Assembly: GCA_963751435.1 (NCBI GenBank)
Contig: CAVVUP010000007.1
Location: forward strand, 9,380-73,379
Direction of reading: 5' to 3'
DNA from: an uncultured Verrucomicrobiae bacterium
Lineage (GTDB): Bacteria; Verrucomicrobiota; Verrucomicrobiia; Limisphaerales; DSYF01
DNA: 64,000 bases
Shown here: positions 51,874-61,489 of the stretch, piece by piece
Layout: every line of letters starts with the position of its first letter
Numbering within the stretch: the first letter of the stretch is position 1
Program-made: the position numbers and the translations under genes
Notes under the pieces: model-generated
What the model saw: only the letters and a program-made list of their open reading frames with translations
Database searches by the model: none
What the model was told of the DNA's origin: nothing

Positions 51874-53063
51874 TGGCGAGACAATGGGGTCGCATCTAAA
51901 TAGTTGGCGAGACAATGGGGTCGTGGCGAGACAATGGGGTCGCATCTAAATAGTTGACAGGTTGGGTGGGGAAGGATTGGATGTGGCCTATGGCAAGGCC
52001 ATTGCGGATCGAGATTGCGGGGGCGTGGTATCACGTGATGAATCGAGGGCACCGCGGGGGGACGCTGTTCCTGGATGACGCGGATCGGCGCCGGTTCCTC
52101 GGGGCGGTGTCCGAGCTGCCGGAGCGTTACGGACTGGAGGTGCATGCCTTTGTGCTGATGGACAACCATTACCATCTGCTGGTGCGCACCACTCAGGCCA
52201 ACCTGGGTCACGCCATCCGGTGGCTGAATGTCACTTACGCCGTCAAGTTCAACTGGGCCCACCGCTGGCGCGGGACGGTGTTCCAGGGCCGGTTCAAGTC
52301 GGTGCTGATTCAGGAGGAGAGCCGGGTGGTGGACGTGGCTCGCTATCTCCACTTGAATCCGGTGCGGATTGGGGGGTTGGGTTTGAGCAAGAGCGATCAG
52401 CGCAAAGCGCGGGTGGCGGGGTGTGCGGATCCGGGCCAGGAGCTGTTGCGGGGGCGGTTGAAGATTCTGGGGGAGCACCGCTGGAGTTCGTGGAGGATCT
52501 ATTCGGGAGCGGAGCCCGCGCCCGGGTGGTTGGAGACGGGCGTGATTGGCCGGGGGTGCGGAGGCCGGAGCCGTGCCCAGCAGAGGGCGGCGTTGAAGGC
52601 CTTTACGGAGCAGCCGATCCGGCAAGGGGCGTTGGAGAGTCCCTGGGCGGGATTGGTCGGTGGGATGGTGCTGGGCGAAGCGGAGTACGCACGGAAGCTG
52701 TTGTCGGGACGGAAGGTCGATGAGCAGGAACAGACTGCGGCGCGAGGGATGCGACGGCGGGTCGAGTGGGGGGAACTGGTGCGGGCGGCGGAGAAGCTGA
52801 GAGGGGAGCCTTGGGCGCGCTGGGCGGAGCGGCACGGGGACTGGGGGCGGGACGGGGTGATGCATGTGGCCGTGCGCTATGGCGGGCTGCGCCTGGCGGA
52901 GGTCGTGCGACAGGCGGGGATGAAGTATCAGGCCGCGGCGCAGGCGGTGAAGCGATTCCGGGAGGCCCTTGCCGAGGATCCGGCCCGGAAAGTCTTTGTT
53001 ACGAAACTCAAGCAAGGAATATCACTTATTTAGATGCGACCCCATTGCCTGACCCCATTGCCT
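51874..53063 (+). mobile_element. HUH/Y1 (RAYT-like) element with terminal inverted repeats
   Basis: CAATGGGGTCGCATCTAAATA (51882, 51932) vs TATTTAGATGCGACCCCATTG (53027-53047), with partial tandem copies on both sides. Confidence 0.85.
51990..53033 (+). CDS. REP-associated tyrosine transposase-like protein (Y1_Tnp) with C-terminal HTH
   Basis: MARPLRIE, YHVMNRG, LMDNHYHLL (HUH), FQGRFKS, RYLHLNPVR, RWSS. Confidence 0.92.
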   Translation: MARPLRIEIAGAWYHVMNRGHRGGTLFLDDADRRRFLGAVSELPERYGLEVHAFVLMDNHYHLLVRTTQANLGHAIRWLNVTYAVKFNWAHRWRGTVFQGRFKSVLIQEESRVVDVARYLHLNPVRIGGLGLSKSDQRKARVAGCADPGQELLRGRLKILGEHRWSSWRIYSGAEPAPGWLETGVIGRGCGGRSRAQQRAALKAFTEQPIRQGALESPWAGLVGGMVLGEAEYARKLLSGRKVDEQEQTAARGMRRRVEWGELVRAAEKLRGEPWARWAERHGDWGRDGVMHVAVRYGGLRLAEVVRQAGMKYQAAAQAVKRFREALAEDPARKVFVTKLKQGISLI

Positions 53064-53409
53064 TTCCGGAGCATCCGGCAGTCTGCCGGAGTGGGACCCG
53101 TGTGCTTGGTTAAGGCTGAAGCTGGGAGGCGGCTTCGAGCTAAACCGGAACGATCTCATCCTCGAGCCTGAGGCGAAGCTGCGGTTCCTGACCGGCGATC
53201 CTCGGCTTGAACTGTTCCTAGACATGCAGTCGAAGGTCAATGTGCCGTTCGACGGTTCTGTCGTCGATTACACTGTCGAAACCTCCTCCGGGGTGCGCAT
53301 GAATCTGGGCCAAGGCATTGCTGTTCAGGCAGGGCCAGCGGTTTCACTCGGCGCCTCCCAAGGTCCTGTTACGAGGGGTCAATTCAAAGCAACGATTAAG
53401 TTCCCCTGA
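53064..53409 (+). pseudogene. Headless 3' gene fragment with beta-strand-rich (barrel-like) sequence
   Basis: Open frame WLRLKLGGGFELNRNDLILEPEAKLRF...GQFKATIKFP extends back to the element's right end. Confidence 0.4.
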
Positions 53410-53675
53410 TCACATGCGGTGTCACGATTTCATCAGATTAGTCGCAATGGTCGGATTGACGTTGGCGTGTACGCTGAGCTCCTGTAAGCAGCGGCAGGGC
53501 GCTTCGCCTACGTGCCGGGCTTCCACCGGGTCTGAGTCGATGATGAGGCGTTTAACCTGTCGCGCCGCCCCGAGGCGCGGGCGGGCCTTCAATTGTTTGT
53601 GGATCGCCAGGCGTGTCGGGAAAAGGTTGCTTTCTGCACGAGGGCTTCCTTCAATCTCCCCGCCATTGGCTCGCA

Positions 53676-54887
53676 ATGAACATCCATGAATTCCAAGCGC
53701 GGGAGCTGCTCGCGCAAAACGGGGTGCCCCTGCCCGCAGGAGGCATGTGCGCCACACCGGATGAGGCGCAATCGATCGCACAGAAGCTCCTCGACTCTGG
53801 CGAGACCCGCCTGGTGCTCAAAGCCCAAATCCATGCAGGCGGGCGCGGTAAGGGCACCTTCACCGACGGCTACCGCGGCGGCGTCAAACTGCTGGAGTCA
53901 GCCCCGGAAGTTCGCACGGCCGCCACTGCCATGTTGGGCAACACCCTGGTGACGAAGCAAACCGGGCCGGCGGGCCGGCGGGTGAACCGGGTCCTGGTGG
54001 CCGCCGCCCCCAACATCCTGAAGGAACTTTACCTGGCTGTGCTGCTCGACCGCAGCCGGTCACGCCCCGTGATCATGGCCAGCACCGAGGGAGGGATGGA
54101 CATCGAGGAGGTCGCCGCGAAGACCCCGGAGAAGATCGTCCGGCTGCACGTGGATCCGCTGCTCGGGCTGCAGCCTTACCAGGCGCGCAATATGGCCATT
54201 GCGCTCGGATTCCAGGGGCCCCTGATCAACGAAGCCGCACAACTGCTGACTGCACTCTATCGGACCTGGTGGGAGTCCGACGCCTCCCTGGTGGAAATCA
54301 ACCCGCTGTGCATCGTCAAGACGCGTGAAGGCAAGGAGGCGCTGCTGCCGGTGGACGCCAAGATCAGCATCGATGACAACGCGTTGTTCAGGCATCCGGA
54401 GATCCAGGCGATGCGGGACCTGGCCGAGGAATCGCCCCTGGAAGTGGAGGCCAGCCAGTTTGCGCTGAACTACATCAAGCTGGACGGCAACATCGCCTGC
54501 CTGGTCAACGGGGCGGGCCTGGCCATGGCCACGATGGACATCATCCAGCATTACGGGGGCATGCCGGCCAACTTCCTCGATGTAGGCGGCGGCGCTTCGG
54601 AGGAACAGGTTGCCGCGGCGTTCAAGATCATCATGAAGGACCCCAACGTGAAGGCCATCCTGGTGAACATTTTCGGCGGCATCATGGATTGCAACGTGAT
54701 CGCCCGCGGCATCGTACAGGCGGTCAAGGAAACCGGACTGAGCCTCCCGCTCGTCGTCCGGTTGGAAGGCAACAATGTCCAAGCCGGACGCGCCACCCTG
54801 GCCGGCTCCGGCCTGACAATCACCACGGGCGAATCCATGTCGGATGCCGCGCAAAAGGTGGTCCATACGGTGACGGCTCATGAGTGA
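53676..54887 (+). CDS. sucC: Succinyl-CoA synthetase beta subunit
   Basis: MNIHEFQA, KAQIHAGGRGKG, EINPL, NGAGLAMATMD, ANFLDVGGGA. Confidence 0.97.
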   Translation: MNIHEFQARELLAQNGVPLPAGGMCATPDEAQSIAQKLLDSGETRLVLKAQIHAGGRGKGTFTDGYRGGVKLLESAPEVRTAATAMLGNTLVTKQTGPAGRRVNRVLVAAAPNILKELYLAVLLDRSRSRPVIMASTEGGMDIEEVAAKTPEKIVRLHVDPLLGLQPYQARNMAIALGFQGPLINEAAQLLTALYRTWWESDASLVEINPLCIVKTREGKEALLPVDAKISIDDNALFRHPEIQAMRDLAEESPLEVEASQFALNYIKLDGNIACLVNGAGLAMATMDIIQHYGGMPANFLDVGGGASEEQVAAAFKIIMKDPNVKAILVNIFGGIMDCNVIARGIVQAVKETGLSLPLVVRLEGNNVQAGRATLAGSGLTITTGESMSDAAQKVVHTVTAHE

Positions 54888-54980
54888 GGACCCATTGATT
54901 GCCCCATTGAACCGCGGCTCATCAAAGAAAAGCAGACAACCTGAAAACGGGTCCATTCCCGCACATCGCGAGTCAATCTC

Positions 54981-55871
54981 ATGTCCATTCTCGTCCAACC
55001 TGACACCAAGATCCTGGTCCAAGGCATCACTGGAAGCTTTGGCGGCCGGCACGCCCGGCTCTCCCTCGAATATGGCACACAAGTGGTCGCCGGGGTCACT
55101 CCCGGCAAGGGAGGGCAGATGTTTGAGAACCGCGTGCCCATCTTCGACTCGGTCGCACAGGCCGCGCAGACCACCGGCGCCACGGCCTCTGCGGTCTTCG
55201 TCCCACCCGCATTCGCCGCAGACGCCATGCTGGAAGGGGTTGCCGCCGGACTCGATCTCGTGGTGTGCGTCACCGAAGGCATCCCGGTGCGCGACATGAT
55301 CCGCGTCAAGGCCGCCATGCAGGGTGCCAGGACCCGCCTGATCGGGCCCAACTGTCCGGGCATTGTCACCCCCGGCGAAGGAAAGCATTCGCAGGGCGGA
55401 TGTCGGATCGGCATCGCGCCCGGCTACATTCACAAGAAGGGTCACGTTGGCGTCGTGAGCCGCTCAGGGACACTGACCTACGAAGCCGTCTGGCAGTTGA
55501 CTTGCCGCGGTGTGGGACAAAGCACCTGCATCGGCATCGGGGGCGACCCCGTCCACGGCACCACACACCTGGATGCCATCCGCATGTTCATGGAAGACCC
55601 GGACACGCATGGGATCATCATGATCGGTGAGATCGGCGGCAGCGCCGAGGAGGAAGCAGCCGCGTGGATTCAACAGCACGGCACCAAACCGGTCGCCGGT
55701 TTTGTGGCGGGGGCCACCGCGCCTCCCGGACGCCGCATGGGCCACGCCGGAGCCATCGTCAGCGGCGGCAAGGGAACGGCCGCCGCGAAAATCCAGGCCT
55801 TCCGGGATGCAGGCATCGGAGTGGCCCCGACGCCATCCGACATGGCGGACACGCTGCTGAAGATGATGTGA
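54981..55871 (+). CDS. sucD: Succinyl-CoA synthetase alpha subunit
   Basis: [37 protein letters not shown]. Confidence 0.97.
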   Translation: MSILVQPDTKILVQGITGSFGGRHARLSLEYGTQVVAGVTPGKGGQMFENRVPIFDSVAQAAQTTGATASAVFVPPAFAADAMLEGVAAGLDLVVCVTEGIPVRDMIRVKAAMQGARTRLIGPNCPGIVTPGEGKHSQGGCRIGIAPGYIHKKGHVGVVSRSGTLTYEAVWQLTCRGVGQSTCIGIGGDPVHGTTHLDAIRMFMEDPDTHGIIMIGEIGGSAEEEAAAWIQQHGTKPVAGFVAGATAPPGRRMGHAGAIVSGGKGTAAAKIQAFRDAGIGVAPTPSDMADTLLKMM

Positions 55872-55943
55872 AGCGGGTGCATTGGAGGAGGATGACGGGC
55901 GGTGGTTCCACGCCCCAAACCTCATCGATGAAGAACAACCGCC

Positions 55944-56783
55944 ATGGGCGCTGTCGATCTCATTCTCAATCTCGCCGGTCTGCTCCTTTGGGTGAACTGG
56001 GTGCTTGTGGCGGTTTCGCCGAAGGCCGGCACGCCCACCACCTTGCTGGGAACATTGCGCCCGGCTGAACCGGCGAAGTGGCGTCAGCGATCCCTCGTCG
56101 CCACCCTGCCCGCACTGCTGATAATCCGGGCCTGGGTGTATTGGGAAATCGCAAGCTCCACCCACTGGACCCCCCCGCTCAATCTCGGAGTCCTGGTGAT
56201 TGCCTTTCGGTGCGACTTGTTCCAGCGCGCGTTTGTTTACTCGGTGCTGAGTTTTGGAGCCATGCTCACCCTCTTTTATCTATGGCTCCTCCTGCTCTCC
56301 GTGGTGAATCGCAGAGCACCCACACCGGATCCGGTCGGACGGTTCATCCGAATGATGCTCGGTCCCGTTGGGGGTCTGCCCGCCTGGCTCAAGCTCGTCC
56401 TGCCGCTGATCGCCGGCACCCTGCTCTGGCTGCCCCTGAGCGTGTTGTTGACCTGGATGGACTTGTTGCCCCCGCCGGACTCCCTCCTGCACCGGCTTGA
56501 ACAGGGACTGTTGATTGCCGGGTCTGCGTGCCTGACGTGGAGTCACCTGCTTGCGGGGGTATTGCTGGTTTTTCTGGTGAACTCGTACGTCCACTTGGGG
56601 GTGCATCCGCTCTGGAGCTTTGCCCATTCCGTCGGAACCACCGTCCTGACCCCGTTCCGACGGCTGCCGCTCGTGATGGGCAGACTGGATTTCGCTCCAC
56701 TGGTCGTGCTCTGCCTGATGTACCTGGTCGCACGAGGCGGCGAGCATCTGCTCCTGCTCGCGAGTCAGATCCTGCCCTGGTAG
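55944..56783 (+). CDS. YggT-family membrane protein
   Basis: Multiple TMs; C-term LTPFRRLPLVMGRLDFAPLV. Confidence 0.75.
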   Translation: MGAVDLILNLAGLLLWVNWVLVAVSPKAGTPTTLLGTLRPAEPAKWRQRSLVATLPALLIIRAWVYWEIASSTHWTPPLNLGVLVIAFRCDLFQRAFVYSVLSFGAMLTLFYLWLLLLSVVNRRAPTPDPVGRFIRMMLGPVGGLPAWLKLVLPLIAGTLLWLPLSVLLTWMDLLPPPDSLLHRLEQGLLIAGSACLTWSHLLAGVLLVFLVNSYVHLGVHPLWSFAHSVGTTVLTPFRRLPLVMGRLDFAPLVVLCLMYLVARGGEHLLLLASQILPW

Positions 56784-56798
56784 CAAAAGCCGGCGCCG

Positions 56799-57959
56799 TC
56801 AGTCCACAGGTAGCCGCAACACCACCCGGGTTCCCTGACCGGATTCACTCTGAACCTCGACTTCCCCTCCATAAAGGCCGGCCAGGCGCCGCGCAATGGT
56901 CAACCCGAGCCCCAAACCCTGCTGCTCATGATGCTTGCGTCCAAACTGCATGAAAGCGCCGATGTGACCGATCTCCTCGGCGGTCATCCCTCGCCCCATG
57001 TCGCTGACCGTCAACTGCGCCTGCCCATCAAACGCCGCCAAACTGACCGAAACCGGTGCGTCCGGCTCCGAAAACCTGAAGGCGTTCTGGACCAGTTCAT
57101 CCACCACCTTGGCCAGATAATCCCGCGACATGGGGACGCCCACCTCCTGAACTTCAAGGTCCAGGTCGCCGGGACGTCCGAACCGCTGCGCCTGACGCCG
57201 CGCATGCTCCTCAACCACCGCGACCGCATCCTCACAGGGCAAGCCCCGCAACGCAGCCAGCCGTTGCGGATCGCCCCCGATCAACTCGGTCTGTGTGAAA
57301 ATGAGAAAGTTCTCGATCAGTCGCTCCAACCGGTGGCCGGACTCTGAAATCACATCGCCAGCCTCGATGAGATCCGCGGGCTGAAGGCTCTCGGCCTGAG
57401 TGCGCAACAGGTCGCCGTAGGCCAGCATGCCGTTGAGCGGGGTGCGCAACTCGTGGGGCAGCATCAGGCTGATGTTGTCCCGCAGCGCAGCCAACCGACG
57501 TTCGGCATCCAGCCGGATCATCTCCGCCTTCTTCAGGCGCGCGTCCACCGTGGCGTAAAGTGATTCCAGATTGAACGGCTTGCGCAGAAAATCATCCGCA
57601 CCCAACTCCATGCCCTGGCGCATTCCCATCCCACCCGGGTCATTGGCGGTCATGAGAATGAACGGCAGGGTGGCCGTGGACGGATGCTTGCGAAGGTCCG
57701 CCAGCACATCATACCCGCTGACCTCGTCCATTCGAACATCGCAAAGAATCAGGTCCGGCAACTTCTTCGTGGCGATCCGGATCCCTTCAGCCCCACTGGC
57801 GGCCTGGAACACCTCGAACCCCCGCTCTCGCAGCGCAATGTCAACCCACTCGAGCATCATCTCCTCATCGTCAATCACGAGGATGCGCTTCGTTGCGGGT
57901 GTCACGTTGTTCGGCACGCCCGGTTCGGTCGGTTCGGGAGCGCTCTGGACTGCGAGCAT
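56799..57959 (-). CDS. Hybrid response regulator / histidine kinase
   Basis: ILVIDDE, PDLILCD, KPF; HELRTPLNG; ELVQNAFRF, DMGRG, GLGLGL. Confidence 0.93.
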   Translation of the reverse strand: MLAVQSAPEPTEPGVPNNVTPATKRILVIDDEEMMLEWVDIALRERGFEVFQAASGAEGIRIATKKLPDLILCDVRMDEVSGYDVLADLRKHPSTATLPFILMTANDPGGMGMRQGMELGADDFLRKPFNLESLYATVDARLKKAEMIRLDAERRLAALRDNISLMLPHELRTPLNGMLAYGDLLRTQAESLQPADLIEAGDVISESGHRLERLIENFLIFTQTELIGGDPQRLAALRGLPCEDAVAVVEEHARRQAQRFGRPGDLDLEVQEVGVPMSRDYLAKVVDELVQNAFRFSEPDAPVSVSLAAFDGQAQLTVSDMGRGMTAEEIGHIGAFMQFGRKHHEQQGLGLGLTIARRLAGLYGGEVEVQSESGQGTRVVLRLPVD

Positions 57960-58304
57960 GGGCCAGAATCAAGCAAATCGCTTGCCTTGGACGGATGCTC
58001 AAGAGGAAATTCCAATGGTTGGCAGGGGTATTGCACCCGACCCTCGGCTCCGCCGCCGGGCCGACTTGCCGAAACTGAAGATAATTCCGAAAGTCCGCCT
58101 GGTTTGTGACCGCCCAAGCGATTGCGCGATCGCCCACCACTGGCCGGTGCCATCCAGCCCCCCCCTGCAGATGTGTCCTATCCTGGGACGCGGAAGCACA
58201 ATCGAGCCTGACAAACGACCGGGCCCGGAGTATGTAAGGACTGATGTTGCGCCAAGGGATAGGAAGACCCGTGCTCTCCGCGCGGGTGGCTGAGTATCAC
58301 GGGC

Positions 58305-58709
58305 TTGTCCTGTGCCTGGGAGTGTTCCTCGGAATCCCCCTTCCTCAACCGCAGCTCCATCCAGCAACGAGCCGGCATCAATGACGCCTGCTACGAAGCG
58401 ATCCCCCTGCAGTTGCTCCCCAGCCTGCGGCCGGACCCCATTGGCCAGTGGAAACAAAAGGACGGCAAACTGCATCTCCAGTTCAGCGCACTGAACACCG
58501 GCTCCTACCAGATTCAAAGCTCGCCGGACATGATCCACTGGATCCCGGTGCGAACCCTGCGCGCTGAGCACGGCTGCATCGAAATGGAAATGCTGCCGGA
58601 CCCCGCCCAGCCCTGCCGGTTCTACCGCGCCGCGCTGGTTGGCGAGCAGGTCGGCGCGGATGCGACGTCCAACCCACAGGCCACTGGAGTCGACCCGCCA
58701 GGAAGCTAA
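58305..58709 (+). pseudogene. Orphan C-terminal FYRA domain fragment of a secreted protein
   Basis: LHLQF...YQIQSSPDMIHW...RFYRA; no signal peptide or convincing start. Confidence 0.45.
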
Positions 58710-59629
58710 CCGGCTCTTTCAAACAGGACCCGCAGCGCCTGGAGCACCCGATCCACATCCAGCGCCCGCAGCCCGCGCGGCTCTTTCAGCACGACAATCC
58801 GATCGCCCCGCGGACGCCAGATTGCCTCGTTGGTGTCTGGCCACAGCACCACGCAGGGCAATCCCAGCGCCGCCGCCAGGTGCGTGATGCCGGAGTCGTG
58901 CCCGACGAACGTGGCGCATTCGCACATCCGCCCCGCCAACTCCACCAACGACAACCCGTAGGCCGTGCGCACTCGCGATTCCGGCAGTCCCGCCACGAGC
59001 CGATGGAATCGTTCGCCTTCCGCCTCTCCCCCCGCCATCAGCAGTCGGCAAGAAGTTTTCCGGATCAACCGATTCAGGAGATCCGCCCATCGTGCTTCCG
59101 GCCAGTTCTTGCGCTCACTACCGCTGCCGGGATGGACTGCCACCCAACCCGGCTCCGTGGCTGGACGCGGCAACGCCAACCTGGGCACCGGGTCGGCATC
59201 GAAAATCGCCAGTTGCTCCAGCGGCTTCAGATACACCTCCGTGGCGTGGTCCCTTCCGCTTTCACTGGGCCGATGCGGACCTTGAATGAAGTGTGCCTGG
59301 GTGCACGCCGCCACGTTAGTCTTGAAGATGTCGTCCGGATCAAACAGGTAACTGACAATCAGATCGAATCCGGCAAAGTAATCTGCGACGGCGGCGTCCA
59401 GCGTGCCGTGTCGGGCAAAGAAGCCTGCCAACCCTTTGGCCTCGATCGGCCGCGTCGCGTCCACGCATCCGCCCGCCTGCGCCAACTGCGTGATGTGCGG
59501 GTAACCCAACACCTCCAGGTGGGTGCCCGGGAATTGCCGGCGCAAGGCGGCAATCGCAGGCAACGTGAGGATGAAGTCACCGATGGCGCCACCCCGGATG
59601 ACAAGGATACGGCCTCGGGGAGTGCTCAT
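58706..59629 (-). CDS. Glycosyltransferase family 9 (LPS heptosyltransferase-like)
   Basis: ILVIRGGAIGDFILTLP, HPGSGSERKNWP, VGHDSGITHLAAALG. Confidence 0.92.
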   Translation of the reverse strand: MSTPRGRILVIRGGAIGDFILTLPAIAALRRQFPGTHLEVLGYPHITQLAQAGGCVDATRPIEAKGLAGFFARHGTLDAAVADYFAGFDLIVSYLFDPDDIFKTNVAACTQAHFIQGPHRPSESGRDHATEVYLKPLEQLAIFDADPVPRLALPRPATEPGWVAVHPGSGSERKNWPEARWADLLNRLIRKTSCRLLMAGGEAEGERFHRLVAGLPESRVRTAYGLSLVELAGRMCECATFVGHDSGITHLAAALGLPCVVLWPDTNEAIWRPRGDRIVVLKEPRGLRALDVDRVLQALRVLFERAG

Positions 59630-59647
59630 CGAAACCCGCGGTCGACT

Positions 59648-60199
59648 TCAGAAAACCAACCAACCCAACGCCGCGAAGCTCAAGCCGCAGGCCAGTCGAA
59701 CCGAGGCGCCCACTTTCAGACGCTGATCGTCGGCGGTGTTCCAATCGATCCAATCGCGAAGGCGCCAGGGAGAGATGGTCAACCAGATGCCCACGATGAC
59801 CAGCACGTAAGCCACCGATTGATTCACCAGAATCCAGGGGCTCTCACCCAGATGGGGCCGCCCGGTGTCCAGCATCAACTTCGCGAGCAAGAGCAGCACA
59901 ACAGCCAGACCGCGCACGGCCAGAAAATCCTTCACAAAAACACAGGCCCCCACCCCAATCGTTCCAAACGCCACCATCATGTGTTTCTTGTAGGCGGCGA
60001 AGTCGGCAATGGATTCCAGGCTCACATTGTAGAGGAACCAAACGGTCGCCAGCAGCATGAGCGCGTAGCCCCAGGGCAGGGAGCGAGGAAACTGACGCAA
60101 CGCCCCGGCGCAGCCCTTGGGATTCGCAAAGGCATAGATCTGAGGGAGCCCATAACCCAGTCCCAAAACCACAGCCAGGATGGATAGCTTCAAAGTCAT
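59648..60199 (-). CDS. Hypothetical membrane protein
   Basis: About 6 hydrophobic helices; co-oriented with the GT9 gene. Confidence 0.75.
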   Translation of the reverse strand: MTLKLSILAVVLGLGYGLPQIYAFANPKGCAGALRQFPRSLPWGYALMLLATVWFLYNVSLESIADFAAYKKHMMVAFGTIGVGACVFVKDFLAVRGLAVVLLLLAKLMLDTGRPHLGESPWILVNQSVAYVLVIVGIWLTISPWRLRDWIDWNTADDQRLKVGASVRLACGLSFAALGWLVF

Positions 60200-60273
60200 C
60201 ACGTTAACCGCGGCGCAGCATGAATCAACCAACCGGACAAAGCAAGAAGGCCGGCAGAACGAGGCGCAACCCC

Positions 60274-61473
60274 TTACAACCCATTAGACGGGGTCTTCAG
60301 GGGAACCAGCACGAGGAACGATTCCTGGCCGCCTGCCGCCAGCGCTGCAAGCGACAGGAGGACAGGCCGCCCGTTCTCGATGAGCAGCTTGGGCATCTCG
60401 AGGCGGTTGAACTCCTGGCGCGTGCCGTCGTCCCAACGCATGGTGAAGCCTTGGACCAGCGTGTGCCGGGCCGTCCGCCAGGCGATCCCATCCGGGGAAT
60501 CAAACAGCAGCAGGCTGCGCCCATGCGGCGTGAGGAAGGGGGCGTCATGGTCCTTGACGATGGCGTAGTAGCGGTCGTCCTGCCACCACTCGAAATGGTC
60601 GTCGATGTGGAAAATGAACGGCTTGCTGACGTGCGGCATCAGTTTGTTCTTGTTCACCATCGGCTCGGGGTGCCTCACGAAGGGCCCCATTGGACCGGCG
60701 GCCTCGGCGCCGTAGTGGAACACGCCGCTGCCGAAGTTGCCCTCCCCTTCACCCAGGGTCTTGTAGTAAAGGCGCAGGCCGCCATCCGGTTTGACCACCA
60801 TGTTGGGCACATTGATGATGGTCTTCCCGAACCCAGAGCCGACATCCAGAATCGGTCGATCGAGGCGTTTCCACGGTCCGGCCGGGGAATCGGCTGTGGC
60901 CACGCCAATGCGCTGGTTGTTGCGGTGCGTCCACCACTCTTTGGACGCCCCTTCGATACGGCGGTCAGGGGCCCAGTCGGCGCTGCCGCGGTTGCCGGTA
61001 TAATAGAGGTAGAAGGTGTCCCCAAGCCGGATGACACAGGTGTTGAAAACCGAATGGCCGTCCCAAAAGTCCGCGCCGCGTTGCGGCAGCGCCGTCCCAC
61101 GGAACTCGTAAGGACCCTCGGGCTGGGCGGCGGTGGCCCATGCGATTTCGGCGTGCGTGCACCAGGCATCGTAACCGAGGCGGGTTTGCCAGCGGGAGTA
61201 GAACATCTGGTAGAGCCCGTCCTTGCCGCGCACGATGCAAGGATCCCACAGACACCAGCCCGGCTGCCGGAAGATCGCCGAACGGGGCACCACGGGCGGA
61301 ATCAGGCGCGTGAAATCGACGTCGCTGGGGGGCAGATTCGACCGTCCTCCAGCCTCCGGCGGCGTCGTGCCGGGCGTCTGTGGGTCGGCACCCGCCGGAA
61401 GGACAGCAAACAGGCACGCGAGGAGCAGCAAGGTGCCGGTGACGCGGCTCCAGCACTGGGTGGGAATCTTCAT
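60274..61473 (-). CDS. Secreted five-bladed beta-propeller glycoside hydrolase (GH43/GH117-like)
   Basis: Signal peptide; WDPCIV, FYSRW, PEGPY, YLYYTGN, QRIGVATADSPAGPW, RLEMP. Confidence 0.8.
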   Translation of the reverse strand: MKIPTQCWSRVTGTLLLLACLFAVLPAGADPQTPGTTPPEAGGRSNLPPSDVDFTRLIPPVVPRSAIFRQPGWCLWDPCIVRGKDGLYQMFYSRWQTRLGYDAWCTHAEIAWATAAQPEGPYEFRGTALPQRGADFWDGHSVFNTCVIRLGDTFYLYYTGNRGSADWAPDRRIEGASKEWWTHRNNQRIGVATADSPAGPWKRLDRPILDVGSGFGKTIINVPNMVVKPDGGLRLYYKTLGEGEGNFGSGVFHYGAEAAGPMGPFVRHPEPMVNKNKLMPHVSKPFIFHIDDHFEWWQDDRYYAIVKDHDAPFLTPHGRSLLLFDSPDGIAWRTARHTLVQGFTMRWDDGTRQEFNRLEMPKLLIENGRPVLLSLAALAAGGQESFLVLVPLKTPSNGL

Positions 61474-61489
61474 GAACTCCGGACTGCCC

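Noticed and set aside
51874-51954. Mini CRISPR array
   Set aside because: No variable spacers and no cas genes; the repeats match the element's inverted right end
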